Below the pieces are notes generated by a model, which was not told the DNA's origin, made no database searches, and saw nothing but the letters and a program-made list of their open reading frames with translations. DNA of 64,000 bases from Bdellovibrionales bacterium. GTDB lineage: Bacteria > Bdellovibrionota > Bdellovibrionia > Bdellovibrionales > UBA1609. Where the stretch lies: the NCBI GenBank assembly GCA_965200875.1, contig OZ241456.1:1504001-1568000 (forward strand). Reading direction: 5' to 3'. Below, piece by piece: positions 40,559-51,394 of this stretch (positions within the stretch are counted from its first letter, which is position 1; every line of letters starts with the position of its first letter). The translations under genes and the position numbers were made by a program.

Positions 40559-41143
40559 TTAAAAAGATAGATCATTTAAAGTATCTTCAGCCTCATTTAT
40601 TAAGTCTGCATCTGAAAATTCTGTAATAATCTGGCGATAAAGACGAATAGAATCATCAATTTCCCCTCTTTGCTTATGGATGTTTCCCATAATTAACAGA
40701 GAATAACCCAACCATTTGGAGCGTGAGCGAGGAGCATATTCCCTCAGACGATCAATGACCCGCTCGCTACTATTGAACTCCCCTTCGTAAAAAAGCCCCT
40801 TGGCCAATAAATAAGAAGCTTCCTCCATGTAACCGGTATAAGGATATTGAGTTAGGAAAGTGGTTAAGGTTTTATTGGCCGATTTGTAATCTTGAATGAT
40901 ATGCCATCTTCTCGCTGATTCCATTATTTTTTTTGCGCGGGATTCAATTTCAGCAGTATATAAAGTATAGGAGGCAATTTCCCTTCTGTGCCAAAAAGAA
41001 CTTTTACGAGGAAAAAAACAAGCCGAAGAATCCTTAAACCAACCCGGAAAAGGCCCACAAAAAGATAAATAACCAACTAAAAAACAAGCCAGCACCAACA
41101 AGAAAAAAAGAAGTTTTTTTTTAAGTATTTTTTTCATTTTCAA
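40559..41143 (-). CDS. Membrane-anchored TPR protein (BamD/CpoB-like)
   Basis: FLTQYP...EEASYLLAK, YRQIITEFS TPR pattern. Confidence 0.65.
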   Translation of the reverse strand: MKMKKILKKKLLFFLLVLACFLVGYLSFCGPFPGWFKDSSACFFPRKSSFWHRREIASYTLYTAEIESRAKKIMESARRWHIIQDYKSANKTLTTFLTQYPYTGYMEEASYLLAKGLFYEGEFNSSERVIDRLREYAPRSRSKWLGYSLLIMGNIHKQRGEIDDSIRLYRQIITEFSDADLINEAEDTLNDLSF

Positions 41144-41267
41144 GATTCAAAAAACCCTTTACACTTATCGGATCAATTAATAAAAAACCAAAGAAACATT
41201 TTTCCAAACTGCGAAAAAAGAAATTTACTAGAGAACACCCTCGCTAAAAAGCTAATGGTAAAAAACT

Positions 41268-41957
41268 CTAAGCGAAAATATAGAGCGCGAAGCACAGGAC
41301 TAAAGCCAACATCAAGGCATCAAAAGCATAACTTGTCACCCAGCTTTTGAATCGGACATATAATGCTTGTCTTATTGAAAGCTTAGGAAGAGAAATTTCA
41401 TCTTCAAAAAACCATGTTAAAGATTCCATTCGCTTAATCATCTCTCTTGCTTTTCTGTTATTCTGGTTGTCTTTGAGTGCCCGCCCGTAACAGGAAATTC
41501 CATAAACCAGCTCATTTTGTTTATGGCAAGACCTCAGAAAATTATCATGAATTTTGTCATCATGCCAATTTTGAACCACTTTTGCCCATTCACCTCTCAG
41601 CTGAAAAGAAGCTCCTGCTCCTTCAATCATCTTAATAAAAACCACTCCACAATAGGAGCATTCCTGATCATTTATAGGCACTTCCTCAGTACATCTAGGG
41701 CATATTTTGGTGGAAATACCCAACCCGGAAGGCGCGGGAGTGGAATTTTTACGCATATCTGCCGGTTTGCCCAAAAGAATATTCTCTGTGTCTTTGGTAT
41801 TGATCCAAAATATTTTCTGGCAGGAGGAACATTGAAAGTCAGGCTGTTCCTCTTCAAATTCATTTGTAAAAGCTTTAAAAACCCGCAAACAATAAGGACA
41901 CCTAATACGCAAAGAAGAAGGAGTTAGAGTTTTTTGCTCTTCATAAAATTGTTTCAT
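41268..41957 (-). CDS. Zinc-ribbon protein with C-terminal TM
   Basis: CPYC..CSSC and CPRC..CSYC pairs. Confidence 0.7.
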   Translation of the reverse strand: MKQFYEEQKTLTPSSLRIRCPYCLRVFKAFTNEFEEEQPDFQCSSCQKIFWINTKDTENILLGKPADMRKNSTPAPSGLGISTKICPRCTEEVPINDQECSYCGVVFIKMIEGAGASFQLRGEWAKVVQNWHDDKIHDNFLRSCHKQNELVYGISCYGRALKDNQNNRKAREMIKRMESLTWFFEDEISLPKLSIRQALYVRFKSWVTSYAFDALMLALVLCFALYIFA

Positions 41958-42081
41958 AATGATACTATATACAAAAAACTGATAAAATGCGAGCTTTTTA
42001 TCTTGAGCCAGCGGAAAAATGTCAGAACTTTTGAGGCAAAATTATATTTAAAACCATTTTTTGCAGTCCCGAGTCCCGAAT

Positions 42082-43797
42082 ATGAACAAAATCAAAAAAA
42101 AACTCAAATTTTATTTTCTGCCCTTATTATCCAGTATTTTAATGGGTACAAGTTATATTCCTTTTCCCTCTTGGGCTTTGTTTTTTTGCTATGTGCCTCT
42201 CTGGACTTTTGCCCTGAAACAAAAGCAAATAAAACCCTTATTAATAGGTGCGTGGCTTTGTCAGTTTATAGCCACTTTAATTGGATTCAACTGGGTGGCC
42301 TATACTGTAAGAGAATTTGGATTTTTCCCCTGGCCTCTGGCGATACTGGGCCTTCTTATTTTCGCCAGTTTCGCCAATTTACATATTCCTATTTCTCTGT
42401 TTTTCTGGTTTATTTCCCGCAAAAGACTTTTACCCCTCTACTCAGAAAATTCAAATGAAAATTTGCCGGATGATAAAGACAACAATTATGGAGATTTATC
42501 AAATTCCAAAACTGCCCAGCTAAAACAAACAAAAAAAGCTATTTTTCCTTTTTTATTCACTTTTCTCACTCTCCCCTTGTATTCCACTTTGGTTATGAAA
42601 TATTATCCCATGATTTTTGATTGGCACTTTGGTTACACTTGGTTTTACATGCGATGGCCTGCCTTTCATACTGCGGAGATATGGGGTTTTCAATTTTTAC
42701 ATACTCTGACTTTGTTCTCCAATCTGCTATTTTTATATTTCTTTTTGTGTGTCAAGAAGGCTCTTAAAACCAAGGCAGTCATTCGAGCCTGTAAGCTTCC
42801 TGTATGGATATTACTGATTTGGCTTTCTTTCTTCGCAATGCTGAATCTCTATGGGTGGTATTTAAAAAACCGTTGGCCAAAGCCAGATCAAATAGCTTCT
42901 GTTCTCCTTGTACAACCCAACATAGAAAACTTAAGCTCGCTGAGTAAAAAATTTAAAGCAGATCCAAGATCTTTCATTCTTAAAACACTGATAAAAGAAA
43001 CACGAACCGGCATTGCTCCTCAAAGAAAAATTGATTTTATTCTTTGGCCTGAAGGAGCGTATCCGTATCCTATCAAGCATGACACAAAAACAGCGAAAAA
43101 CAATCCTGCTCAAAGAAAAGCCGGAAAGTGGCAAATACCCATTGTGCTGTCTGCAATAGGACAACATAAAAAAAAGATAACCAACTCTGTTTTTGTATTT
43201 AACCAAGACGGCAGAATGATTCAAGCTCCTTATGATAAAACCCTGCTATTGGCTTTTGGTGAATATATGCCCGGTGAAAAATGGCTACCCATTAATAAAT
43301 TATTTTCCTATTATGACCGCTCCTTTACAAGAGGAACCGGGGAAAATAAAGTTGTTTTTTTAAATGGCATAAACCTGGGTTTTCAAATTTGTTATGAAGG
43401 TCTTTTTGATTTTTTTACCAGAGACTTAGTCCTGAAAAAAACACAAATTATAGTAAATGTCACAAATGACTCTTGGTACGGAAGCTGGCAGGAACCTTAT
43501 CAGCATTTATATATGACCCTCGCAAGAGCCATAGAGGTCAGACGCCCTCTTATCAGAGGAACCAACACGGGACTATCCACAGTGATCTCCGCCAAAGGGG
43601 AAATCAGTCCCATATCCACCATTAATAAAAGCTCCAGTCGGATTTATTCAGTCCCCTACTATAGCCGGGAAAAACAAACTGCTTTCACAGCATGGGGGTA
43701 TTATATTGATCAATATTTTTTATGGATTTTATTTTTTATCCTGTTATCCTTTTATATTTTGGCACATAAAAATCACCAAAAAAAAATACCTGAATAA
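42082..43797 (+). CDS. lnt: Apolipoprotein N-acyltransferase
   Basis: VQPNI, WPE, YDK..L.AFGEYMP, QICYE, TNDSWY, RAIE, NTGLS. Confidence 0.95.
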   Translation: MNKIKKKLKFYFLPLLSSILMGTSYIPFPSWALFFCYVPLWTFALKQKQIKPLLIGAWLCQFIATLIGFNWVAYTVREFGFFPWPLAILGLLIFASFANLHIPISLFFWFISRKRLLPLYSENSNENLPDDKDNNYGDLSNSKTAQLKQTKKAIFPFLFTFLTLPLYSTLVMKYYPMIFDWHFGYTWFYMRWPAFHTAEIWGFQFLHTLTLFSNLLFLYFFLCVKKALKTKAVIRACKLPVWILLIWLSFFAMLNLYGWYLKNRWPKPDQIASVLLVQPNIENLSSLSKKFKADPRSFILKTLIKETRTGIAPQRKIDFILWPEGAYPYPIKHDTKTAKNNPAQRKAGKWQIPIVLSAIGQHKKKITNSVFVFNQDGRMIQAPYDKTLLLAFGEYMPGEKWLPINKLFSYYDRSFTRGTGENKVVFLNGINLGFQICYEGLFDFFTRDLVLKKTQIIVNVTNDSWYGSWQEPYQHLYMTLARAIEVRRPLIRGTNTGLSTVISAKGEISPISTINKSSSRIYSVPYYSREKQTAFTAWGYYIDQYFLWILFFILLSFYILAHKNHQKKIPE

Positions 43798-43817
43798 AAT
43801 CAGGAGGAGTCATCACT

Positions 43818-45185
43818 TTGAAACACAAAACCATAAAAAACGAACAAAATACCATCTTAAAAATGGGGACGGAGTTATTTAGTTCTCTTAAAAATCCACG
43901 AAAAAATCCACTGAACAAAAAATGGTGGTATGAAAATATTATGCAATGGACTCTCGTCAATTCCAATTTGAAAACAGCCCTTTTTCGCTTTGTGGATGTT
44001 TTTCCCTCTCTCAAAAAAAAAGCAGACATTCCTCTTTTCTTTAAAGAATACCTGAAAGCAAACAACATGCTGTCTCCTTTTTTAAGGATAGGAATCAATC
44101 TTCTACCACCTTCTTTTTTAAGCGCGCTTATTTCGAAACACACAAAGGAAATAGCCCATCTGTTTATAGCTGGAGAAGCCCCCTCAGATATTCTCCCTGT
44201 TTTGAAACAAATCAGAAAAAACAACAACGCTTTTACTATAGATCTCTTGGGGGAGGCCACTTTGTCTGAAAAGGAAGCTCAGATATATCAAAACCGCTAC
44301 ATAGCCATTATGGAACAAATGTATAAGCACAAATGGAATCACAATCCCTTGACAGACGAAGCAGAAAATGGAGAAAACCTCCCTCGCGCCAATCTTTCCC
44401 TTAAAATCACTTCATTGGAATCTCAAATTCTTACAGTCTCTTGGGAGGAAAGCAAAAAAAGACTAAAAAACAAACTTAGAGTTTTATTTCAAAAAGCCAT
44501 GGAGACAAACACTTTTATCAATATAGATATGGAACAATATCAATATAAAGTTCTTACTTTGGAAATTTTTAAAGAGCTTGTTTCAGAACCAGCGTTTAAA
44601 TCTTATCCTCATTTTGGCATTGTGATTCAAGCCTATTTAAAATCTGCTATGGATGATCTGCGCGATCTTTCCCAATTCCTTCGGAAATCAAATCACTCCA
44701 GCCCTATACATATTCGTCTGGTTAAAGGAGCCTACTGGGATTATGAGTTAATCCATAGCAGACAGAATAACTGGCCCTGTCCCGTTTATCTAAACAAGTG
44801 GGAGTCCGATATTAATTTTGAAAACTGCACAACATTTATACTTCAAAATTACCCGAGTTTGAAGCTCGCGGTGGGGTCTCACAATATCCGGTCTATAACT
44901 CACGCCTTAAACTTATCTCAACAAATGAATATTCCAAAAAAAGCGTTGGAAATTCAAACTCTTTACGGAATGGCATCTGCTATCAATACCTGTTTAAGCC
45001 AAAATGGTTGGAGAGTACGACAATATTGCCCTATAGGTGCTCCCATTCCCGGTATGGCTTATTTAGTGCGAAGGCTTTTGGAAAACACTGCCAATGAATC
45101 TTTTATTCAATCCTGGAAAAATACAAAAAATAATATTCCAGAACTGCTGAAATCACCCGCTCCACATAAGAAACATATATTGTAA
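43818..45185 (+). CDS. putA: Proline dehydrogenase (N-terminal PutA half)
   Basis: LFRFVDVFP, DLLGEA, IDMEQ, IRLVKGAYWD, SHNIRS, LYGM, YLVRRLLENTANESF. Confidence 0.9.
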   Translation: MKHKTIKNEQNTILKMGTELFSSLKNPRKNPLNKKWWYENIMQWTLVNSNLKTALFRFVDVFPSLKKKADIPLFFKEYLKANNMLSPFLRIGINLLPPSFLSALISKHTKEIAHLFIAGEAPSDILPVLKQIRKNNNAFTIDLLGEATLSEKEAQIYQNRYIAIMEQMYKHKWNHNPLTDEAENGENLPRANLSLKITSLESQILTVSWEESKKRLKNKLRVLFQKAMETNTFINIDMEQYQYKVLTLEIFKELVSEPAFKSYPHFGIVIQAYLKSAMDDLRDLSQFLRKSNHSSPIHIRLVKGAYWDYELIHSRQNNWPCPVYLNKWESDINFENCTTFILQNYPSLKLAVGSHNIRSITHALNLSQQMNIPKKALEIQTLYGMASAINTCLSQNGWRVRQYCPIGAPIPGMAYLVRRLLENTANESFIQSWKNTKNNIPELLKSPAPHKKHIL

Positions 45186-45213
45186 AAGACTTTAACGAAT
45201 GATTGTTTAAAGA

Positions 45214-46239
45214 TTAAAAGTGCTTTGTGGGAGCTTGTTTCCATAAGTCCTCAAGGCGATAATACTCTCTTGTGTAATCATAAAAAATATGCACAGCCAA
45301 AGTGCCATAGTCCAACACAATCCACTCTCCTCTTTCCTGTCCTTCCATCTGCTGAACACCAAAAGAAAAATGTTTTTTCACCTCCTTTTGCAAATAAGAG
45401 GCCATTACTTTTGTATGTCGTGTATTCAGGCCCGAAGCCACCACTGTAAAGTCAAAAGGAAGTAGAGAAAAATCACTTAAATCAAAAGTTTTCACTCTTC
45501 GGGCTTTTTTACCCAACAAAACTTCAACACAAAATTGCACTAAATGAGATCCAGTCTTTGTATCTTTCTTCAAAGACTGTGTTTGATAAGGTACTTCTTT
45601 TCCAATCCATTGCTCCACCACTGCCGGAACCAGATGTCCAACCGACAAATTTTGAGCGGAAAGTTTACGAATTTGAGAAGAGGAAATATCCATATTCTTT
45701 AAAGAAAGGTAATGGATATTTTTTCCAGTGATAAGTTTTATTGTAGAAGAAGACGAGAACCCTCCCAACGAACAAACATACTCCTCCAAAAAAGAAGGAA
45801 TGGAAGAACTCCACTTATATCCTTTTCTGCTACAAATCACCAAATGCGTTTTTTGCAAAATGGTTTTAAAATTTTTCCATTTGTCAAACTTTACCCATTG
45901 ATCCATCCCCATGATTAAAAAAATCTCTTTAAACTCAGGAAGAGCCTTTATCAAAGCCTCTATTGTATCAACAGAGTAACTCACTCCCCCTCTTTTTATT
46001 TCCCAATCATCCACTTCCACAAAAGAATAATTTTTAAACACCTGACGAACTAAAGTTAATCGTTTTTGAGGAGACACTGCCCGAATAGGAGGAGCCAGAG
46101 GAACTCTCCCAGCCGGCACCACTTTTATCAAATCAAATTCAAATTGTTCCTGAACCTGAATCAACAAATTCAAGTGCCCCAAATGTAAAGGATTGAAGGA
46201 AGCTCCAAAAATTCCCATTTTACAGACTTTATTGTTCAT
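45214..46239 (-). CDS. nadD: NadD-RsfS fusion
   Basis: GASFNPLHLGH...ISSSQIR (NadD), then FTVVASG..RH, WIVLDYG..VHIF..REYYRLEDLW (RsfS). Confidence 0.88.
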   Translation of the reverse strand: MNNKVCKMGIFGASFNPLHLGHLNLLIQVQEQFEFDLIKVVPAGRVPLAPPIRAVSPQKRLTLVRQVFKNYSFVEVDDWEIKRGGVSYSVDTIEALIKALPEFKEIFLIMGMDQWVKFDKWKNFKTILQKTHLVICSRKGYKWSSSIPSFLEEYVCSLGGFSSSSTIKLITGKNIHYLSLKNMDISSSQIRKLSAQNLSVGHLVPAVVEQWIGKEVPYQTQSLKKDTKTGSHLVQFCVEVLLGKKARRVKTFDLSDFSLLPFDFTVVASGLNTRHTKVMASYLQKEVKKHFSFGVQQMEGQERGEWIVLDYGTLAVHIFYDYTREYYRLEDLWKQAPTKHF

Positions 46240-47293
46240 TTTCTCCTAAAAGCACATCCATCCTTTTTTTCAAAATTTCATTCCTGAAGTTTTTAAGATG
46301 ATTGGAATTATTTACAGAAAAAAAGTAAAAAATTTTCAAAAGCTCCTTATGAAAAGGCTCCACTTTTTCCAGAGAAGAAGAATTTTTTTCCCCGGACAAA
46401 AGTAAAATAGAGGGTTTTTGGGTTAAACAACTTTTATGTTTTTGATCATAAAATAAAAGCTCTTCTCTTAATTTTTGATAGGAGGTAAAAGGATTTACAT
46501 CCGTTAGAGACAAGACAAAAACAATTATTTTAGTCTTCTCCGCCTGTTTTAAAAACTTTCTGGTGGAGGGGCTTAACCCCGGCAAATCCACAAAAACGGC
46601 TGGCGCAAAATAACCAATATGTTGATCCAATGCGTGGGAGCTTTTGGTTGTGCTTTCCTTCTCCTGCCCATTCAAGTTAACGGAAAACATTCGAGGATAA
46701 GATGAGGGATAAAGTTTTTCCTTTAGACCTCCCATCTTCAGCAAAAGAGAGGTCTTTCCAGAGCCTCTAAAACCAATGAGACACACATCACTCAGCCATT
46801 TTAATTCCAGAGTTATTTTCTTTTGCAAAGCTGGCTCACCGGGCTGAGCAGATTGAGGGGCCTGCCTCCTTGAGGACTTGAAAAAACAATTTCCTCTACC
46901 CCCTTTTCCTCCCTTTAAAACACACCATTTTTTATCTGTCAGCTCTTTTAGAAACTGTCCCTTGGAATCATAACAAAATGTTCCCTTAGGCACATAAACC
47001 GTCAGGTCTTTTCCTCGCGCTCCTCTTTTCTTGTTTCCCTCTCCTTTTTTTCCATCTTCTGCTTTATAAAAAGACCGGACTGTTAAATGAGAAAAATCCT
47101 TTAGCGAGCTTTCAGGAGATAAAAACAAATCTCCTCCCCTTCCTCCATCCCCTCCATCGGGGCCGGCTCTAGGGGATCTGCGAGTTCTTTGAAAATGTAC
47201 AGATCCTCTGCCTCCACATCCAGATGAGATTTTAATTTGAATATGATCTGTAAAACCCGAATTTTTATAAGATTCAAGAGAGGGCATACACAC
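46229..47293 (-). CDS. obgE: Obg/CgtA GTPase, divergent G domain
   Basis: Gly-rich Obg fold ([19 protein letters not shown]); position after rplU-rpmA; G motifs degenerate. Confidence 0.8.
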   Translation of the reverse strand: MCMPSLESYKNSGFTDHIQIKISSGCGGRGSVHFQRTRRSPRAGPDGGDGGRGGDLFLSPESSLKDFSHLTVRSFYKAEDGKKGEGNKKRGARGKDLTVYVPKGTFCYDSKGQFLKELTDKKWCVLKGGKGGRGNCFFKSSRRQAPQSAQPGEPALQKKITLELKWLSDVCLIGFRGSGKTSLLLKMGGLKEKLYPSSYPRMFSVNLNGQEKESTTKSSHALDQHIGYFAPAVFVDLPGLSPSTRKFLKQAEKTKIIVFVLSLTDVNPFTSYQKLREELLFYDQKHKSCLTQKPSILLLSGEKNSSSLEKVEPFHKELLKIFYFFSVNNSNHLKNFRNEILKKRMDVLLGENEQ

Positions 47294-47531
47294 TGACTTT
47301 TTGTTTCTTCTTGCCTAAACCTTCAAACTGCACATGACCTTTAATGCGGGAATAAATGGTAAAATCCCGACCCATACCTGTTCCCGCGCCCGGATAAAAA
47401 CAAGTACCCCTTTGCCGAACAAGGATAGTCCCCGGAAGAACAGTCTGCCCGGAAAACCGCTTGACACCCAACCTTTTACTTTGAGAGTCCCGACCGTTTC
47501 TCGTACTGCCAGACGCTTTTTTGGAAGCCAT
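47274..47531 (-). CDS. rpmA: 50S ribosomal protein L27
   Basis: [32 protein letters not shown]. Confidence 0.97.
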   Translation of the reverse strand: MASKKASGSTRNGRDSQSKRLGVKRFSGQTVLPGTILVRQRGTCFYPGAGTGMGRDFTIYSRIKGHVQFEGLGKKKQKVSVYALS

Positions 47532-47534
47532 ATT

Positions 47535-47963
47535 TTATTTCTCCTGATGATTTTCTGTTATCTTTTTTTGCACCGGCTTTGATGAGGCGGTTTTTAAAGT
47601 TTCCTTCTTCCGTACCGGTGATTTTATATTTTCTCCCTGAGGAGTTAAAAAAGACTCTATGTAAATTTCTGTAAATGCCTGACGATGCCCCTGAGTTTTA
47701 CGGTAACCTTTTCGCCTGTTTTTCTTAAAAACTAAAACTTTTTTGCTTTTTCCGTGCCGAACCACCCGACCTCTGATTTCCGCTTTTTCCACATAAGGAG
47801 AACCTGTTACAAAAGAACCGTTTTCATGCCGAAAGGCCAACACCTGCTTTGACTTCCATTCCATACCTGATTCCAATTTTACCTGTTCTATTTTGATAAA
47901 CTGACCCGGCCAGGTACGATATTGATGCGAACCATTTTGTATTATTGCATACATAAAAAACAC
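47535..47963 (-). CDS. rplU: 50S ribosomal protein L21
   Basis: MYAII..G.HQY, KVLVFKKNRRKGYRKTQGHRQ. Confidence 0.95.
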   Translation of the reverse strand: MFFMYAIIQNGSHQYRTWPGQFIKIEQVKLESGMEWKSKQVLAFRHENGSFVTGSPYVEKAEIRGRVVRHGKSKKVLVFKKNRRKGYRKTQGHRQAFTEIYIESFLTPQGENIKSPVRKKETLKTASSKPVQKKITENHQEK

Positions 47964-48189
47964 CTTAATTCAAAATTCAGAGAAAAGTGTATCTGAGTTT
48001 TCTTAAAACTTAACTCTCGAATGATTTTTTTTTAAAGAAACTTCTCTTTGGTAGAGATAATAAATTCAGCAGATGTTTGTCAATAAATTTATCATTCATC
48101 AGTTTAAAAGCTTCGAACAATGTTTAAGCCCAGATGAACCCCACATAAAAAAATGCCTCAAAAACCCACAAAAAAACAACCCCCAGTGC

Positions 48190-49569
48190 TTATTTTTCTA
48201 TCCAACCTCTTCCATCACAATGAAAACAAGGCTCACACATTGTTTCCAACAAGGAAGAGTGAACTCTTTTTCGAGTAAGTTGTGCTATAGCCAACTCCGA
48301 CATATTAACAAGATCAGTGGGAACACGGTCTTTTTTAAGCTCCTGAGACAAAACCTCCATGACTTTTTGCCGGGAAGACTCTGTTTCCATATCAATAAAA
48401 TCAATAATAATGATTCCTCCACAGTTCCTGAGGCGAAGTTGAAGAGCTATTTCCCTAGCTGCCTCTTGGTTAATTTTTAAAATATTTTCCTCCGGCATTT
48501 TTCTGCCCATGAAACTTCCTGTATTCACATCCACAACAACCGCTGCTTCCGTTTCCTCAATAACAATACCCCCTCCTGACCTAAGCTTTATTTTTTTATG
48601 TAACAATCGCCTCACTGCCGACTCTAAATCATATTTATCAAACAAAGAGGTTTTTTTATTATTATAAAAAGAGATTTTATTCCTGTATTGTGGCATTGTT
48701 TCACTGGTAAAATCCTTCAGATCCAAAAACATTTGTTTCTCATCCACCAACACTTTGTCCACTTCCTCTGTTAAAAAATCCCTTAATATTTTACAGGAAA
48801 AAGACATATCAGACCAAATAAGCCCAGGGGACTTCCGCGCTTTATATCTTCTCTGAATACCTTTCCAGGTTCTTTGCAAGTTGTCCCAATCCCTTTTCAG
48901 CTCCTCTTCACTGACTTCCGCCGCTTTCGTGCGGATAATAAGAGAGGCATTCTTATTCCATCGCTCCACCCACTGAACAAGCTTTTCCTTCATATTTTCA
49001 TCTTCAATTTTTCTGGAAACTGCAATATGAAAAGGAGAGTTTGGAAGATAAACTAGATAAAACCCTGGCAGGCTGATTTTATCGCTTACACGAAGGTTTT
49101 TGCCTTTTAGAGAATCTTTGATCACCTGAACCATAATATGCTGACCGGTTCTTAATTGCTTTAAAATGCTGGTTTGAACGCCTTTTGTATTTCTCCCACG
49201 AACCACATGCTCCGTTGAACTCTCTGAAAAGCTCTCTGAAAAAGTCGCTCTTTGGAGTTCAGATTCCCAAAAATCAGAATTATCCGCATTTTTAGCCCTA
49301 TTTTGAGCATATTGACTTTCCTCGGATGGATTTTTATAAATTTTCCGGCCTGTATGAAAAAAAGCGGACTTGTTAGAACCAACATTTACAAAGCAAGCGT
49401 CTAAACTGGGTTGTTTTTTAACCACTTGAGCTTTAAACACAGCACCCACTTGGAAAGGTTTGGAACGATTTTCTAGGTGAAAATCAGAAAAAACACCTTC
49501 CCTTAGCTGAGCAATACGAATACGAGATCTTTGCACATTAATTAAAATAAGATTTTTCCCAGAACTCAT
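48190..49569 (-). CDS. Ribonuclease E/G family
   Basis: S1 domain; DVNTG, LRLRNCGGIIIIDFIDM, CFHCDGRG. Confidence 0.92.
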   Translation of the reverse strand: MSSGKNLILINVQRSRIRIAQLREGVFSDFHLENRSKPFQVGAVFKAQVVKKQPSLDACFVNVGSNKSAFFHTGRKIYKNPSEESQYAQNRAKNADNSDFWESELQRATFSESFSESSTEHVVRGRNTKGVQTSILKQLRTGQHIMVQVIKDSLKGKNLRVSDKISLPGFYLVYLPNSPFHIAVSRKIEDENMKEKLVQWVERWNKNASLIIRTKAAEVSEEELKRDWDNLQRTWKGIQRRYKARKSPGLIWSDMSFSCKILRDFLTEEVDKVLVDEKQMFLDLKDFTSETMPQYRNKISFYNNKKTSLFDKYDLESAVRRLLHKKIKLRSGGGIVIEETEAAVVVDVNTGSFMGRKMPEENILKINQEAAREIALQLRLRNCGGIIIIDFIDMETESSRQKVMEVLSQELKKDRVPTDLVNMSELAIAQLTRKRVHSSLLETMCEPCFHCDGRGWIEK

Positions 49570-49594
49570 TTCCTCTCTTCCATTTTTTACCCGG

Positions 49595-51352
49595 ATGGCT
49601 TTTATTTGTAAGAAATCTCACATTCGCCATTTCTTTGCCAGAAAAAACAGCATTAAAAAATATAAAAATCTTTTGGTTTTTTCACAAATTTCCAAGTATT
49701 ATACATCGGAAGGAGTTTTTTTGAAAAATAAAATAAATAATGCGTCCTCGCAACCTTTTGAAAAAAAATCAAAGCCTCAGGAAAAAGCCCAAAACTCTTT
49801 TTCTCCAATCCATCAAAAGTTAATGGAATTAAGAGAAAAAAACAAACAAGCGATAACCGGAGAAGGGGAGGAAAAAATACAGAAACAAAAAGCTGGGGGG
49901 AGATTAACAGCCAGAGAGCGGATTAATCTTTTACTTGACCCGGGAAGCTTCAAAGAACTGGATCGTTTTGTTCTCCATCGTTGCACTTATTTTGATATGG
50001 AAAAAAAATCTGTTCCCGGTGACGGAGTACTTACAGGATACGGAAGAATTAATGGAAAAAAAGTTTTTGTTTACAGCCAGGATTTTACCGTTTTTGGGGG
50101 AAGCATGTCCCGCACGCAAGCGGATAAAATTTTAAAAGTAATGGATTTAGCCCTCAAAACCGGAGCACCACTTATCGGTCTCAAGGACTCTGGAGGGGCG
50201 CGGATTCAGGAAGGAGTGCTGGCTTTAGGGGGTTATGGAGACATTATGTTTAAAAATGTACGCCTATCCGGTGTGATTCCTCAAATAAGTGCTATTATGG
50301 GACCTTGCGCAGGAGGAGCTGTCTATTCTCCGGCTTTATCTGATTTTATTTTTATGGTGGAAAATTCCAGTTATATGTTTCTAACCGGACCGGATGTGAT
50401 TAAAGCCGTTACCCATGAAGAGATCAGCAAAGAAGATCTAGGAGGCTCAAAAACCCACACTGAAAAATCAGGCATAGCTCATTTTTCCTGCCAAAATGAT
50501 AAACAATGTTTAATGATGATCAGAACTCTTTTAAATTTCCTTCCCGGAAATAATTTGGACGACCCCCCTCGCCAAGATTCAAAAGACCCAGTGGAAAGAC
50601 GCTCGGAAGTGTTAAATCAGCTCATTCCCGATCAAGCCAAAAAACCCTATAATATGAAAGTATTGATCAAGGAAATCGTGGATGACTCCTTTTTCTTGGA
50701 ATTAAAGGAAAATTACGCGACAAATATTATTACCGGTTTTGCCCGTTTAAATGGTTACAGTGTAGGTATTGTGGCTAATCAACCACAAGTGCTGGCGGGC
50801 TGTATCAACATTTCTGCCAGCCAAAAAGCCGCCCGGTTTATTCGTTTTTGTGATTGTTTCAATATCCCCATCATAAGTTTTGTGGATGTGCCAGGTTTTT
50901 TACCCGGCACCGATCAGGAACACGGAGCTGTAATTGCTCACGGAGCCAAATTGCTTTATGCTTATGCTGAAGCACGTGTTCCAAAAATCACTCTTATTAC
51001 ACGAAAAGCTTACGGAGGGGCTTATATTGTTATGGGATCCAAACACTTGGGCGGTGATATTAATTTTGCTTATCCAGGTTCGGAAATTGCTGTCATGGGT
51101 GCAGAAGGGGCCGTTAATGTTATCTTTCGAAAACAAATAAAGTCTGCAAAAGATCCAGCACTTAAAAGAGAAAAACTTACAAAAGAATACGAAACTATTT
51201 TCAACAATCCCTACAGAGCGGCAGAGTTAGCTTATATTGATGCCATTATTGAACCTTCTCATACAAGAGAGCACATAGCGGGAGCCTTGGAGCTTTTACA
51301 AAATAAAAGGGAAAAAATCCCTGAGAAAAAACATGGTAACATTCCCTTATAA
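49595..51352 (+). CDS. Acyl-CoA carboxylase carboxyltransferase beta subunit (true start probably near 49720-49820)
   Basis: LTARERI, QDFTVFGGS, DSGGARIQEG, GPCAGGAVY, DVPGFLPG, KKHGNIPL. Confidence 0.93.
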   Translation: MAFICKKSHIRHFFARKNSIKKYKNLLVFSQISKYYTSEGVFLKNKINNASSQPFEKKSKPQEKAQNSFSPIHQKLMELREKNKQAITGEGEEKIQKQKAGGRLTARERINLLLDPGSFKELDRFVLHRCTYFDMEKKSVPGDGVLTGYGRINGKKVFVYSQDFTVFGGSMSRTQADKILKVMDLALKTGAPLIGLKDSGGARIQEGVLALGGYGDIMFKNVRLSGVIPQISAIMGPCAGGAVYSPALSDFIFMVENSSYMFLTGPDVIKAVTHEEISKEDLGGSKTHTEKSGIAHFSCQNDKQCLMMIRTLLNFLPGNNLDDPPRQDSKDPVERRSEVLNQLIPDQAKKPYNMKVLIKEIVDDSFFLELKENYATNIITGFARLNGYSVGIVANQPQVLAGCINISASQKAARFIRFCDCFNIPIISFVDVPGFLPGTDQEHGAVIAHGAKLLYAYAEARVPKITLITRKAYGGAYIVMGSKHLGGDINFAYPGSEIAVMGAEGAVNVIFRKQIKSAKDPALKREKLTKEYETIFNNPYRAAELAYIDAIIEPSHTREHIAGALELLQNKREKIPEKKHGNIPL

Positions 51353-51394
51353 TTTTCAGCTGATTTAAAGTAAAAAGGAGTATTTTTCGTTAAA

